A DNA stretch of 35,270 nt, taken from Terriglobia bacterium. Its GTDB lineage: Bacteria > Acidobacteriota > Terriglobia > UBA7540. Both the position numbers and the translations under genes were made by a program. The stretch spans positions 1-35,270 of the forward strand of contig JBJKQV010000178.1 of assembly GCA_046704985.1 (NCBI GenBank), given 5' to 3'. The notes under the pieces are model-generated. The model saw only the letters and a program-made list of their open reading frames with translations, had not been told where the DNA came from and did not search any database. Below, piece by piece: positions 1 to 9,052 of the stretch. Every line of letters begins with the position of its first letter. Position 1 is the first letter of the stretch.

Positions 1-1371
1 GTCCTGGTGGGGCTTCACCAGCCCGTGCGGGCGGCGCAGCCGGACCCGGCGGGCGGCCAGGCAAACGGGTTTGAACCCTTCGTGCCCGCCGGCCTCGCCA
101 AGGTCAAGCACGTCGTCTGGATCATCCAGGAAAATCATTCCTTCGATAATTACTTTGGCACTTTCCCGGGAGCGGACGGCATTCCGCCTTCCACCTGCCT
201 GCCCGAGATGCCGGGCAGCAAGGCCTGCGTCAAACCTTTCCACATGCCCAAGGGGATGCCTGCCCGCGACATCGGGCACACCTGGCAGCAGGCCCACGCC
301 GCTTACGATCACGGTACCATGGACGGCTTTGTGTGGGCGGAAGGCACCCACTACACAATGGGCTATTACGACCAGAAAGACATTCCCAACTACTGGGCCT
401 ACGCGCGCCATTTCACCCTCTGCGACCGCTTCTTCTCCTCGCTCAACGGCCCCAGTTTCCCCAACCACCTTTACACGGTGGCGGCGCAGTCGGGCGGCGT
501 GATCAAGAACTACTATACCGTCAAGAGCCTCGAGGACGACCTGGACGAGCCCGACGGCCTCACCTTCTCGACCATTGTGGACCGCCTGGAAGCCGCCAAG
601 GTTCCCTGGAAGTACTACGTCGAGGCCCTGCCTTGGCCGGCCAACGAACCCCACATCCCCCAGCACAACCAGTTCTTCTCCAACCCCAAGACATTTACGC
701 TTTGGAATCCCTTGCCGGCTTTCAAATCCATCGGCAAGAACTCGGTGATGATGGCGCACCTGGTGAGCGAAAAAGAGTACTACCAGGACCTCCGCCAGGG
801 CACCCTGCCGTCGGTTTGCTGGCTGATTCCTTCCTTTCAGGACAGCGAGCACCCTCCCGAGCCGGTGGCTCCCGTCGCCCAGGGCATGTGGTACGTCACT
901 CGGCTCCTGAACGCCCTCATGAAGAGCCCCGAGTGGGACAGCACGGTCGTCTTTCTTTCCTGGGACGACTACGGAGGCTTTTACGACCACGTGGCGCCGC
1001 CCGAGCTCGACGCTTACGGCTACGGCCCGCGGGTTCCAACCATCGTCATCTCGCCCTTTGCCAAGCCCGACTACATCGCGCACAAGACCTATGACTTCAC
1101 CTCCATCCTGAAGTTCATGGAGATTCGCTTTGGAGTCCGGCACCTGACCACCCGCGACCGCGCCGCCGCGGCCATGTTCGATTGCTTCGACTTCAATCAG
1201 AAGCCGACTTCGCCGCTGGTCATTCCCATCCCTCCCAATCTTCCCCCCTCGCACCTGGGCAAGCGGGGGGCTGACGATTTCGAACCATCGGTGCACCTCC
1301 CGACGCCCGAGATCGGAGCGGTTAAGAAGTATCGGAAGCACCCCGCTCCGAACGGGGGAGGGCAGCCGTAG
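1..1371 (+). CDS. Phosphoesterase-family protein (phospholipase C / AcpA acid phosphatase type); 5' end may lie outside the window
   Basis: Frame 1 is open from base 1, and the first in-window start is GTG at 7. [23 protein letters not shown] is the N-terminal signature of the phosphoesterase family. [10 protein letters not shown] and [11 protein letters not shown] fit its C-terminal conserved blocks. Confidence 0.8.
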   Translation, partial: VLVGLHQPVRAAQPDPAGGQANGFEPFVPAGLAKVKHVVWIIQENHSFDNYFGTFPGADGIPPSTCLPEMPGSKACVKPFHMPKGMPARDIGHTWQQAHAAYDHGTMDGFVWAEGTHYTMGYYDQKDIPNYWAYARHFTLCDRFFSSLNGPSFPNHLYTVAAQSGGVIKNYYTVKSLEDDLDEPDGLTFSTIVDRLEAAKVPWKYYVEALPWPANEPHIPQHNQFFSNPKTFTLWNPLPAFKSIGKNSVMMAHLVSEKEYYQDLRQGTLPSVCWLIPSFQDSEHPPEPVAPVAQGMWYVTRLLNALMKSPEWDSTVVFLSWDDYGGFYDHVAPPELDAYGYGPRVPTIVISPFAKPDYIAHKTYDFTSILKFMEIRFGVRHLTTRDRAAAAMFDCFDFNQKPTSPLVIPIPPNLPPSHLGKRGADDFEPSVHLPTPEIGAVKKYRKHPAPNGGGQP

Positions 1372-1617
1372 TCGTTGGATGGTCGAGCGGGGTGTGGCGC
1401 GGGATGCCGGCGTTCACGGCTTTGAGGAGCCGCGTCGCCGCCTGCGCCACGGCACCCCCACAGACTCCAGCGCGCAAGGCTCCGTGGGGGGGCGCGCCGC
1501 GACGGTTATGCATGATTGAGAGTTTCTTGGTTAATTGCTATTCTATCGAACACCGGGCCCCCTCTTGAATTAGGCTCTATCGGAGGTCGCGGGATCGAAC
1601 AGAGAGGGGAGGTTGGG

Positions 1618-2409
1618 GTGAGTAGACTGGACAAGGCTCTTGCGAAACGCAAGGGCGGGGCCCTGCTGGGGCTTTCCGTTTATTCCTACGACCCTTTGTT
1701 TGTGGAGATGATTGCCCGGTTGGGATTCGATGCGCTTTGGATTGAAACCGAGCACACGACGTTGAGCTTGAGGGAGGCGGGCGACTTGTGCCGTATCGCC
1801 TCCGGCGTGGGGCTGTTGACGATGCTGCGCATCGCCGACGTGCGCCGCGAGAACGTCTTAAAGGCGGCGGAATTGGACCCGGACATCCTGGATGTTCCCA
1901 TGGTCAACGCGCCGGAAACCGCCGCGGAGCTCGTGCGTCATGCCTGTTACCCGCCCAAAGGCAACCGGGGCTTCTTCAGCGTATCGCGCGCGATGCGCTA
2001 CGGAATCGGCGGTGATATCCGCGAGGAACAACGCCGCATCAACGAGGACCTCTGCTTGATGATTCAGGTAGAAACCACCGAGGCCGTGCGGCGGGCCGAG
2101 GACCTGTGCGCTGTCCCGGGGATTGACGCGATTTTCCTGGGACCCGGAGACCTCTCGGCCAGCCTGGGTGTTACGGGTGAAACCCGGCACCCGCGAGTTG
2201 TGGAAGCCATGCAACAGACGATCCGGGTGGCCAAAGCCCGGGGAAAGCGCGTGGGTATGGCCTGCGCTCCCGGGGACGCCGCGAGCTGGGCGGCCGGCGG
2301 AGTGGATCTGTTATTCTGCGGGGGGAGTATCGCTTGCCAGCGGAGAGGCGCCCAGGAAATACTGCAAGCCAGTGCTTCCGCTCGCCTCGCGCCACCCGCC
2401 CGCGCCTGA
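1618..2409 (+). CDS. HpcH/HpaI-family 2-keto-3-deoxy-acid aldolase
   Basis: YDPLFVEMIARLGFDALWIETEHT, MLRIADV, DVPMVNAPETA, YPPKGNRGF, MIQVET and FLGPGDLS follow the HpcH/HpaI (class II pyruvate aldolase) pattern. I place the start at GTG 1618 because it is preceded by GAGGGGAGG; the track's TTG at 1516 has no RBS. The resulting 263 aa is typical for the family. Confidence 0.8.
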   Translation: MSRLDKALAKRKGGALLGLSVYSYDPLFVEMIARLGFDALWIETEHTTLSLREAGDLCRIASGVGLLTMLRIADVRRENVLKAAELDPDILDVPMVNAPETAAELVRHACYPPKGNRGFFSVSRAMRYGIGGDIREEQRRINEDLCLMIQVETTEAVRRAEDLCAVPGIDAIFLGPGDLSASLGVTGETRHPRVVEAMQQTIRVAKARGKRVGMACAPGDAASWAAGGVDLLFCGGSIACQRRGAQEILQASASARLAPPARA

Positions 2410-2518
2410 CCGAAGCTCCGGGAACCCCCGGGACGCGGAGAACGAACCGGAGCATTTGTCGGCCGGTAAGATTCGCCAGGTGGGGGTGTGGCAGACTCTC
2501 GCGAAAGAGGAGGCGACT

Positions 2519-3313
2519 ATGTCGGATGCAAGAAACTCAACAAAGAAAGGCGGTGCCAAAGCGCGCAAAACTGCCGCCCGGACTGCCGCCCTCAGGCGCA
2601 CGGGCCGCAGCGTGAATCCGCGTGGGTCGCTCCGTAACTCCCATGGCCAGGATCAGCTTTCGGTTCCGAGCTCGATTGCGGTGATGTTGCGACAGAAGAT
2701 CTTGAGCGGGGAGTTGCCGGGAGGCGCCCGCATCACCGAGAGCCGCATCAGTCGCGATTTCCGCGTCGGACAGCCGAGCGTTCGCGAGGCTTTGTTTATC
2801 TTGGAACGGCAAGGGCTGGTGGAGCGCGTGGCCAACCTGGGAACCTTTGTGCGCGAACTGGACGTTCGCGACGTGAATGAGCTTTACCAGATCCGCAGGA
2901 AGTTGGAAGGCCTAGCTTTCGAGCTGGCGGCCCGGCAAGCGAGCGAAGAACAGATCGCGGCGCTGCGCGCCCTGGTCGAGAATATGAAGCAAGCGGCGCT
3001 GAAGAAAGAAAAGCGCGGGTTTTTCGAGGGCGACCTGGCTTTTCATCGCCGCGTCTGGGAATTGACGGGTAACCGGCACCTGGTGGAGGTTCTGGAACAG
3101 ATTGTGGTTCCGCTGTTTGCCTTTAGCTTCCTCCGCGTCGAGCGCGGCACTTCGGAATTGAGTGAGTCGGCGGAAGGGCACGTGGCTCTGGTGGAGGCCC
3201 TTTCCAAGGGCCCCGAGGAGGCTCGCGAAATGTCTGAGAAGTGGGTGGAGACCTTTCTGCAGAGGTACCTGTCGCGCGTGCTGAGTGGGAGCGCCTCCGC
3301 GTACCGGTTCTAG
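2519..3313 (+). CDS. GntR-family transcriptional regulator, FadR/FCD subfamily, with a basic N-terminal extension
   Basis: The winged-helix motif is ISRDFRVGQPSVREALFILERQGLVERVANLGTFV, followed by an all-helical FCD-like C-terminal domain (YQIRRKLEGLAFELAA...HRRVWELTGN). ATG 2519 is preceded by AAAGAGGAGG. The upstream part of ORF 2123..3313 overlaps the aldolase gene and is P/R/G-rich. Confidence 0.85.
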   Translation: MSDARNSTKKGGAKARKTAARTAALRRTGRSVNPRGSLRNSHGQDQLSVPSSIAVMLRQKILSGELPGGARITESRISRDFRVGQPSVREALFILERQGLVERVANLGTFVRELDVRDVNELYQIRRKLEGLAFELAARQASEEQIAALRALVENMKQAALKKEKRGFFEGDLAFHRRVWELTGNRHLVEVLEQIVVPLFAFSFLRVERGTSELSESAEGHVALVEALSKGPEEAREMSEKWVETFLQRYLSRVLSGSASAYRF

Positions 3314-3464
3314 GCAACCGCTTCGGGGGCAGCCTGCACCCCCAGGGCCGCCCCACTGCGTCAGGCCGCCTGGGGGCGGCCACTCCGCGACCAGAAATGG
3401 ACGGTCCCGCCGCGGTGTCGAATTCTGCGCTCTTGAATTAACTCTACTGTATAAATATAGAAGC

Positions 3465-3494
3465 TTGACAGTAAATCTATAGCTCATCTATCCT
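3465..3494 (+). promoter_or_regulatory. Candidate sigma70-type promoter with embedded AATCTATA motif upstream of the Tat-protein genes
   Basis: TTGACA at 3465-3470 and TATCCT at 3489-3494 are separated by an 18-nt spacer. The spacer contains gtAAATCTATAGctcat. The site sits in an AT-rich patch within otherwise GC-rich DNA. Confidence 0.3.
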
Positions 3495-3612
3495 TGGGGT
3501 GTCGTGCCAATCGTTCCTGGAAGAGGAGCCAAGAACCCGCGACGCGCAAGCCGGGCTTGAGCGGCTGGCGCCCGGGGAAATTCCCGCAGGCAGGAGGCCC
3601 GTCGAACCCCTG

Positions 3613-5406
3613 ATGACACGCAGAGATTTCGTGACGGCGGCAGCCGCGCTGGGCTTCGCGCCCTTGGCGCGCGCCAAGTCTCCGCAGGGCGCAGTGAGCG
3701 CTCCCCTTTCCCGCACCGTTCTACCCCCTTCCGCTGGCCAGGGAGCTCTGGTGCAGGTCCATGAAGATTTCAGCCGCGACCCGGGGTGGGAAAACGTCCA
3801 CAACCGGATCGTCTGCAAGGACTGTCCGCCGGTGGCGCAGGATTTCGGCTGGGGTCCGACGTCTCACTTGGGCGGCAAGGGGGCAGAAATTGGCGGCCGC
3901 ATTTGGCAGTCTACTACGCCGGCCTACTATGGCATGCCCCTTGGGCGGCCGCTCTCGTACAACGACAGGTTTTCAGCGTCCGGGCGCATTGCCTTCATGG
4001 GTACGGAGGAAGGCCGGGGCGCGGCCTATCTGGGATTCTTCAATAACTCCCTGCACGGATGGCGGGCCTGTTCTTCTGTGGGGTTGCGCTTCATGGCTTG
4101 GTCCGGAGAAAAAGTAGGAGTTTGCCTTGACTGTGTTGACGCGCGATGGGGTAAGGACGCTGAAGAGACTGACATTTTTTTGACCGCCGACGGGTCACCA
4201 CACACGTGGAGGATCGAATACGACCCGGAAGCCAGGATGCCGGAACGGTGGTCCGACCCGCGATTGAAGAATTACTTGTCGAAAAAGCGGCAGGCATTCG
4301 ACCAGATCTATGAAAAGGCGCGGCAAGCCGAACCCGGCCTGGCGCGGGAGGCCTTGAGGCGCCGCTTGCAGACGGCGGTCGCGGAAGGCTTCCTAAGCTT
4401 TTTCCCAAGGACCCCCGGCTTCGGGATTGAGGCGTCCGTGCACGGTTACTTCTGGACCCTCAGACATAGGGAGCCCGCAAGAATGCGTGGTGCGGTCTCT
4501 TTCCAATTTGACTCGGGGCCGGTTTATAGGCTTTATCTTCGCGCCGACCACCGTGAAGCTCCACAGATCCTGAACCGTTTTGGCCTGTTCAACTTTCAGA
4601 TGTATCACCGCTGGCTGGAATTCTACGTCGCTGACTTGAAGGTGAACGGGCAAGAGATAGACCTTTCCCGGGATCCCGGGTGGGAAGGCCAAGGCAACCG
4701 CGTGCAGTTCGTCGAGCGCGATTTCCAGCGGCAGGATTTCGGATACAGCGAAACCAACTGGGCGGGCGAGCAGATTGGTGAAGTTGGCGGCCAATTCTAC
4801 CGGGCCGAGCCCGTTGATCCGGCCAACGGATATTATGCGGATGATGTCGGCATCTTGACGCTGGACGATCCTCTTAGTTTCTCAGGTAATATCTGCTTTG
4901 TGGACGCATCGACGGACTCGGGCATGTTTCTTGGTTACTTCAACGCCCGGGAGCAGGTGGCCCGCATCACCGATCCTCACGCGGGTTATCCGTTAAACGA
5001 CATGATGGGCATTGAAGTGGATGGGCCGAATCACTCTCATATCGACCCCCTGTGCTCGCCGAAGAGAGATGTGGCTTCGAAGGTGACGGGCCCGGTCTTT
5101 CTGCCTACGCGAGACCGGCACACCTTTCGGTTCGACTACGACCCTCGAGCCAACCGGGGCGTGGGGCGGATCGGGTTCCGGTTTGATCAGCAGGAATTCA
5201 CGCTGGACCTGAAACCCGAGCAGCGGGCGGCGGGGGCGCGATTTGATCACTTCGGCCTGATGAATTTACGCCGAGGCGGCAAATACGTTAGGGTGTACTT
5301 TGACGATTTAACCTATACAGCCCGCCGCCCCGGCGATTACAAAAGGGTTTTCCACCCGCAGAACATTTGGCGCGTACCTTATCCCGAGGGTGGGCGCGCA
5401 TACTAG
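3613..5406 (+). CDS. Twin-arginine-signal secreted protein of unknown family, internally duplicated (two about 280-aa modules)
   Basis: MTRRDFVTAAAALGFAPLARA is a Tat-type signal (TRRxFV). The long ORF has GC-rich third positions. Module 1 begins HEDFSRDPGWEN and module 2 begins IDLSRDPGWEG. It is a paralog of the next gene. I recognise no family. Confidence 0.8.
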   Translation: MTRRDFVTAAAALGFAPLARAKSPQGAVSAPLSRTVLPPSAGQGALVQVHEDFSRDPGWENVHNRIVCKDCPPVAQDFGWGPTSHLGGKGAEIGGRIWQSTTPAYYGMPLGRPLSYNDRFSASGRIAFMGTEEGRGAAYLGFFNNSLHGWRACSSVGLRFMAWSGEKVGVCLDCVDARWGKDAEETDIFLTADGSPHTWRIEYDPEARMPERWSDPRLKNYLSKKRQAFDQIYEKARQAEPGLAREALRRRLQTAVAEGFLSFFPRTPGFGIEASVHGYFWTLRHREPARMRGAVSFQFDSGPVYRLYLRADHREAPQILNRFGLFNFQMYHRWLEFYVADLKVNGQEIDLSRDPGWEGQGNRVQFVERDFQRQDFGYSETNWAGEQIGEVGGQFYRAEPVDPANGYYADDVGILTLDDPLSFSGNICFVDASTDSGMFLGYFNAREQVARITDPHAGYPLNDMMGIEVDGPNHSHIDPLCSPKRDVASKVTGPVFLPTRDRHTFRFDYDPRANRGVGRIGFRFDQQEFTLDLKPEQRAAGARFDHFGLMNLRRGGKYVRVYFDDLTYTARRPGDYKRVFHPQNIWRVPYPEGGRAY

Positions 5407-5566
5407 CGTCCGGAATTCCGATCGCGCGGAGCGGGAGAGGGGTCCGCTTGTCGGCGGGGCACTGAAGACCAAGCAGATTCCTCGGGTCGGTTATGTGCCT
5501 CGGTCCTCGGAATAACCGAAGCGGAGGTTCTTTCAGCGAGCCGCGAAGGGAGGGGGGCTACGATTC

Positions 5567-7345
5567 ATGCGGTTGACCCGAAGGAAATTCGTCACCAGTA
5601 CGGTCGCGCTGGGGGTAGCGCCTCTCTCGAAGCTTGCGATGGCCTTCGGTTCGGGAGTGAATCAAAGGCCTTCCCCGGGCACTTCCGTCCAGCCGGAACA
5701 GACGGGTCTCGTCCAGGTTCATGAAGATTTCAGCCGGGACCCGGGTTGGGACAACATCCACAACCGGATTGTCTGCAAGGACTGCCCGACGGTGGTGCAG
5801 GATTTCGGCTGGAGACCGACGGCGCACGTGGGAGGTAGGCCGGGTGAGATTGGCGGCCGGGTGTGGCAATCGCGAACGCCGGCGTTTTATGGTTTGCCTC
5901 TCGGACGCCCCCTCTCCTTCAACGACCGGTTTTCCGCCTCGGGGCGCATCGCCTTCATGAGGACAGAAGGCCTGGGGGCGGCCTACCTGGGCTTCTTTAA
6001 CAACGCCCTGCAGGGGTGGCGTCCCTGGTCTTCGGTGGCTTTTCGTTTGGTGGCGGAAGCGGGGAACAAAGTCCGGGCCGACATCGACTACATGACGGCC
6101 AAGTGGGGAGCCTTTGGCGACGAGACCGATATCCTGATATCTGCCGACGGTTCACCCCATACGTGGAAGATGTCCTACGATCCCGAGGGCAGGATGGCCG
6201 CCCGCTGGCCTGATCCCAGGCTGCGAAACTACCTGAGCACCCGGCGCCAAACCGCAACGCAAATCTACGAGCGGGCGCGCCAAGCCGAGCCCGGCCTAAC
6301 GCGTGAGGAGTTGATGGAGCGCCTGCGCGCCGCTCTGGCCGAGGACCTGCTGCGATTTTTTCCCCGGCCGCGCGGCGATTTCTGGACCCTCAACGAGCAT
6401 AAGCATGAGCCGACGAAGGGGACGATCAATTTCCAGTTTGACTCCGGCCTGGAACACAGTTTTCACGTCCTGGCTGAGCATCGCCAGTCCCCCCTCATCC
6501 TCAATCGCTTTGGGATTTTCAACTATCAGATCTACCACCGCTGGTTGGAGTTCTACGTCGCTGACCTGACGGTGAACGGGCAGGCCCTCGACCTGTCGAG
6601 CGACCCGGGCTGGGAAGGCCACGGCAACCGTGTGCAGTTCGTCGAGCGGGATTTCCAGCGGCAGAATTTCGGATACAGCGAAACCAACTGGGCGGGGAAG
6701 CAGATCGGAGAAATCGGAGGGGAGTTCTACAGGGTCGAGGCCGTAGACCCCTACAACGGTTACTATGCCGACGAGATCGGCGCCTTGACGCTGGATGACC
6801 CTATCGAGTTCTCCGGCCAGGTCTGCTTCGTAAGCGGCGGAACCGATGCCGGCATGTTTCTCGGGTACTTCAATGCCCGGGAGAAGATGGCTCCCATCAC
6901 CGACCGCTTGGGGGGCGATCCTCTCGACGACACTCTGGGCGTCGAGATCGCGGGACCCACGCGCATCGGGTACTACTTCAGTGCGGTGTGTTCTCCCAAG
7001 AGGCGTGTCGCCTCCCACCGGCACGGCCCGGTGTTTCTCCCCACCGCCGACCGTCACGCATTTCGCTTCACTTACGACCCCAAGGACAACGGCGGCGTGG
7101 GAAGAATCCGCGTGTGGCTGGATGAGGAAGAATTCACACTGGACTTGAAACCCGAGCAGCGGGCGGCGGGCGCGCGATTCGATCACTTCGGCCTGATGAA
7201 CTTACGCCGGGGAGGCAAGTACGTGACCGTGTACTTCGATGACCTGACTTACACCGCCCGCCGTGCCAGCAACTACCGACGCATCCGTCATCCCCAGAAG
7301 ATTTGGGAGGTCCCCTATCCTCAAGGGGGACGCACCTATGAATGA
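5567..7345 (+). CDS. Twin-arginine-signal secreted protein, paralog of 3613..5406 with the same two-module architecture
   Basis: ATG 5567 is preceded by GAAGGGAGGGGGG. The Tat-type signal is MRLTRRKFVTSTVALGVAPL. The protein is collinear with the upstream gene, including identical blocks such as LVQVHEDFSRDPGW and EFTLDLKPEQRAAGARFDHFGLMNLRRGGKYV. Confidence 0.85.
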   Translation: MRLTRRKFVTSTVALGVAPLSKLAMAFGSGVNQRPSPGTSVQPEQTGLVQVHEDFSRDPGWDNIHNRIVCKDCPTVVQDFGWRPTAHVGGRPGEIGGRVWQSRTPAFYGLPLGRPLSFNDRFSASGRIAFMRTEGLGAAYLGFFNNALQGWRPWSSVAFRLVAEAGNKVRADIDYMTAKWGAFGDETDILISADGSPHTWKMSYDPEGRMAARWPDPRLRNYLSTRRQTATQIYERARQAEPGLTREELMERLRAALAEDLLRFFPRPRGDFWTLNEHKHEPTKGTINFQFDSGLEHSFHVLAEHRQSPLILNRFGIFNYQIYHRWLEFYVADLTVNGQALDLSSDPGWEGHGNRVQFVERDFQRQNFGYSETNWAGKQIGEIGGEFYRVEAVDPYNGYYADEIGALTLDDPIEFSGQVCFVSGGTDAGMFLGYFNAREKMAPITDRLGGDPLDDTLGVEIAGPTRIGYYFSAVCSPKRRVASHRHGPVFLPTADRHAFRFTYDPKDNGGVGRIRVWLDEEEFTLDLKPEQRAAGARFDHFGLMNLRRGGKYVTVYFDDLTYTARRASNYRRIRHPQKIWEVPYPQGGRTYE

Positions 7346-7409
7346 ACTGCCGGTCTGCTCCATGTGGGCAGGCTGCGTGCAATCCCCGGCTTAAGGAGGG
7401 AAACAACTC

Positions 7410-9026
7410 ATGATGACACGAAGACAGTTCGTCGGCGCAGCCGCCGCTATGGGGCTGGCACCTCTGCCCAAGGCCTGGCCCTCTGCCGGGCCTGCCAAAG
7501 ACGCCTCCACTCCCGTGCCTTTCGACGGCAATCAAAGGGTCGAACATTACGTCCTGCTCGGCAACCGCATGGTCTTCACCAACTGGTACTTTGTGCGGCC
7601 CGGGAACGTGGACTGGGTGGACGCGAGCGGCAAGAGCGTCTACGCCAGTAAAGAGGCGATGGGGCCGTGGGCGGCGCGCTTTGCGGGCAAGGATTTTCCT
7701 CACGGAGTGCGGATTGTCGCCCAGCCCGCGCAGCGCCAGGGGCCGATCATTCATCCCGAGCGCCCCTGGGAGAAGTCGGGAATCGTCTTTGGCACGGTCA
7801 TTCACGAAGGCGGCACTTACCGGGCGTGGGGGAACTGCTATGCGGGGGTGGAAGGCGTTTCGGCGTATTTTGAGTCGCGCGACGGACTGAACTGGACGCG
7901 GCCGAACCTGGGGCTGCAAGAGCACAACGGAAGCCGCGCCAACAACCTGCTCCACACCCCGCCGGGCGGCGGAGTCTGGATCGACCCGCACGCGGCGCCG
8001 GGAGAGAAATACAAAACGGCCGGCTCCCACCGCTACACCAAGGCGCAATACGAAACGTGGCTCAAAAGCCATCCCGGTCAAGTCGATCCGATGGTGCAGG
8101 ACAACCACGACCTCAGCGCCTACCACGGCATCTCCGGCTCGACCTCCGCGGACGGGTTGCACTGGAAACGGTTGCCGGAGCCCCTGGTTTTTCAGTATAG
8201 CGACACGCAGATTGTGGGCTATTACGACCTGCGGCGGCGGCAGTATGTACTCTACACTCGCGCTTACATGGGCGCCGGGCCGTCGCACCGGCGCGCCGTC
8301 GGCCGCACCCAGAGCGAGGAGTTCGGCAACTTCCCGATCTCCGACCTCATCCTGGAGACCGCACCGTCCATGGGACCGTGCGATACGCTCTACACCAACT
8401 GCCGCACCACCATCCCCGGCGCTCCTGACCATCACCTGATGTTCCCGGCCGTCTACGAGCTCCAGGTCGACAGTACCCAGATCGCCTTCGCCTCCAGCCA
8501 CGACGGGGTGATCTGGTCCTTTGTGCCCGGGTCGCCCATCGCCTCGCCCGGCACCTTTGGCGAGTGGGACGGCGGCAACATGTTCGCATTTTCCAACCTG
8601 CTGGAGCTTGCCGACGGCAGTTTTGTTCTTCCTTTTACCGGCTTCATCTTCCCGCACAAGTATCCGCGCGGGGAGTGGGAGATGGGGAGCGGCTACCTGA
8701 CCTGGCCGAAGGGCCGGCTGGTGGCGATTGAAGCACCCGACGTGGGCGAGTTTTCGACGGTGGGGTTTCTGCCTCCCGGGCGCAAGGTGCTCATCAACGC
8801 CCTCACCCCGCGGGCGGGAGAGATTCGCGTCGAGGTGGCCACCGACCCGGAAGGGAAGACGGTCGCCGGGCGCTCGTTTGAGGAGTGCAAGCCGCTGATC
8901 GGAGATTGCTACAAGACGCCGATTACGTGGAACGGGCAGGAGGATCTGGGCTCCAGGGAAGGAACGCCCGTAATCCTGCGCTTCCGGCTGGACCACGCGC
9001 AGATCTTCGGCCTGGAGTTCGTCTGA
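7410..9026 (+). CDS. Twin-arginine-signal secreted beta-propeller-like protein (putative glycoside hydrolase, family unassigned) with C-terminal beta-sandwich-like domain
   Basis: ATG 7410 is preceded by AAGGAGGG. The signal is MMTRRQFVGAAAAMGLAPL. Three Asp-box-like SxDGxxW motifs are present (ESRDGLNWTRP, TSADGLHWKRLP, SSHDGVIWSF). The C-terminus is ...PVILRFRLDHAQIFGLEFV. Confidence 0.8.
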   Translation: MMTRRQFVGAAAAMGLAPLPKAWPSAGPAKDASTPVPFDGNQRVEHYVLLGNRMVFTNWYFVRPGNVDWVDASGKSVYASKEAMGPWAARFAGKDFPHGVRIVAQPAQRQGPIIHPERPWEKSGIVFGTVIHEGGTYRAWGNCYAGVEGVSAYFESRDGLNWTRPNLGLQEHNGSRANNLLHTPPGGGVWIDPHAAPGEKYKTAGSHRYTKAQYETWLKSHPGQVDPMVQDNHDLSAYHGISGSTSADGLHWKRLPEPLVFQYSDTQIVGYYDLRRRQYVLYTRAYMGAGPSHRRAVGRTQSEEFGNFPISDLILETAPSMGPCDTLYTNCRTTIPGAPDHHLMFPAVYELQVDSTQIAFASSHDGVIWSFVPGSPIASPGTFGEWDGGNMFAFSNLLELADGSFVLPFTGFIFPHKYPRGEWEMGSGYLTWPKGRLVAIEAPDVGEFSTVGFLPPGRKVLINALTPRAGEIRVEVATDPEGKTVAGRSFEECKPLIGDCYKTPITWNGQEDLGSREGTPVILRFRLDHAQIFGLEFV

Positions 9027-9052
9027 GCGGTCCCGAAAGGGCTTGTCGTGGG

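Noticed and set aside
1454-1490. CCCCCAC...GTGGGGG inverted repeat after the phosphoesterase gene, considered as an intrinsic terminator.
   Set aside because: The loop is 23 nt and no U-tract follows, so the evidence is too weak to list as a feature.
5487-5519. Inverted repeat TCGGTTAT...ATAACCGA (8-bp arms, 17-nt loop) between the tandem paralogs, considered as a terminator or attenuator.
   Set aside because: No U-tract follows it and the loop is large. It may affect mRNA stability, but I cannot distinguish function from chance.
7134-8996. Very long antisense or overlapping ORFs in the track: 7134..8996(-), 8885..10300(+), 11508..12356(-), 12353..13618(-), 14285..15202(+), 15978..16727(+), 16770..17495(+), 20588..21832(+), 23176..24237(-), 23964..25619(+), 25876..26790(-), 27589..28488(-), 28208..29326(-), 29247..30479(-), 30317..31465(-), 32031..34232(-).
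   Set aside because: Each lies opposite or out of frame to an ORF with clear family motifs. Their translations are dominated by R/G/P/A/H runs with no recognisable domains, which is typical of stop-poor alternative frames in high-GC DNA.
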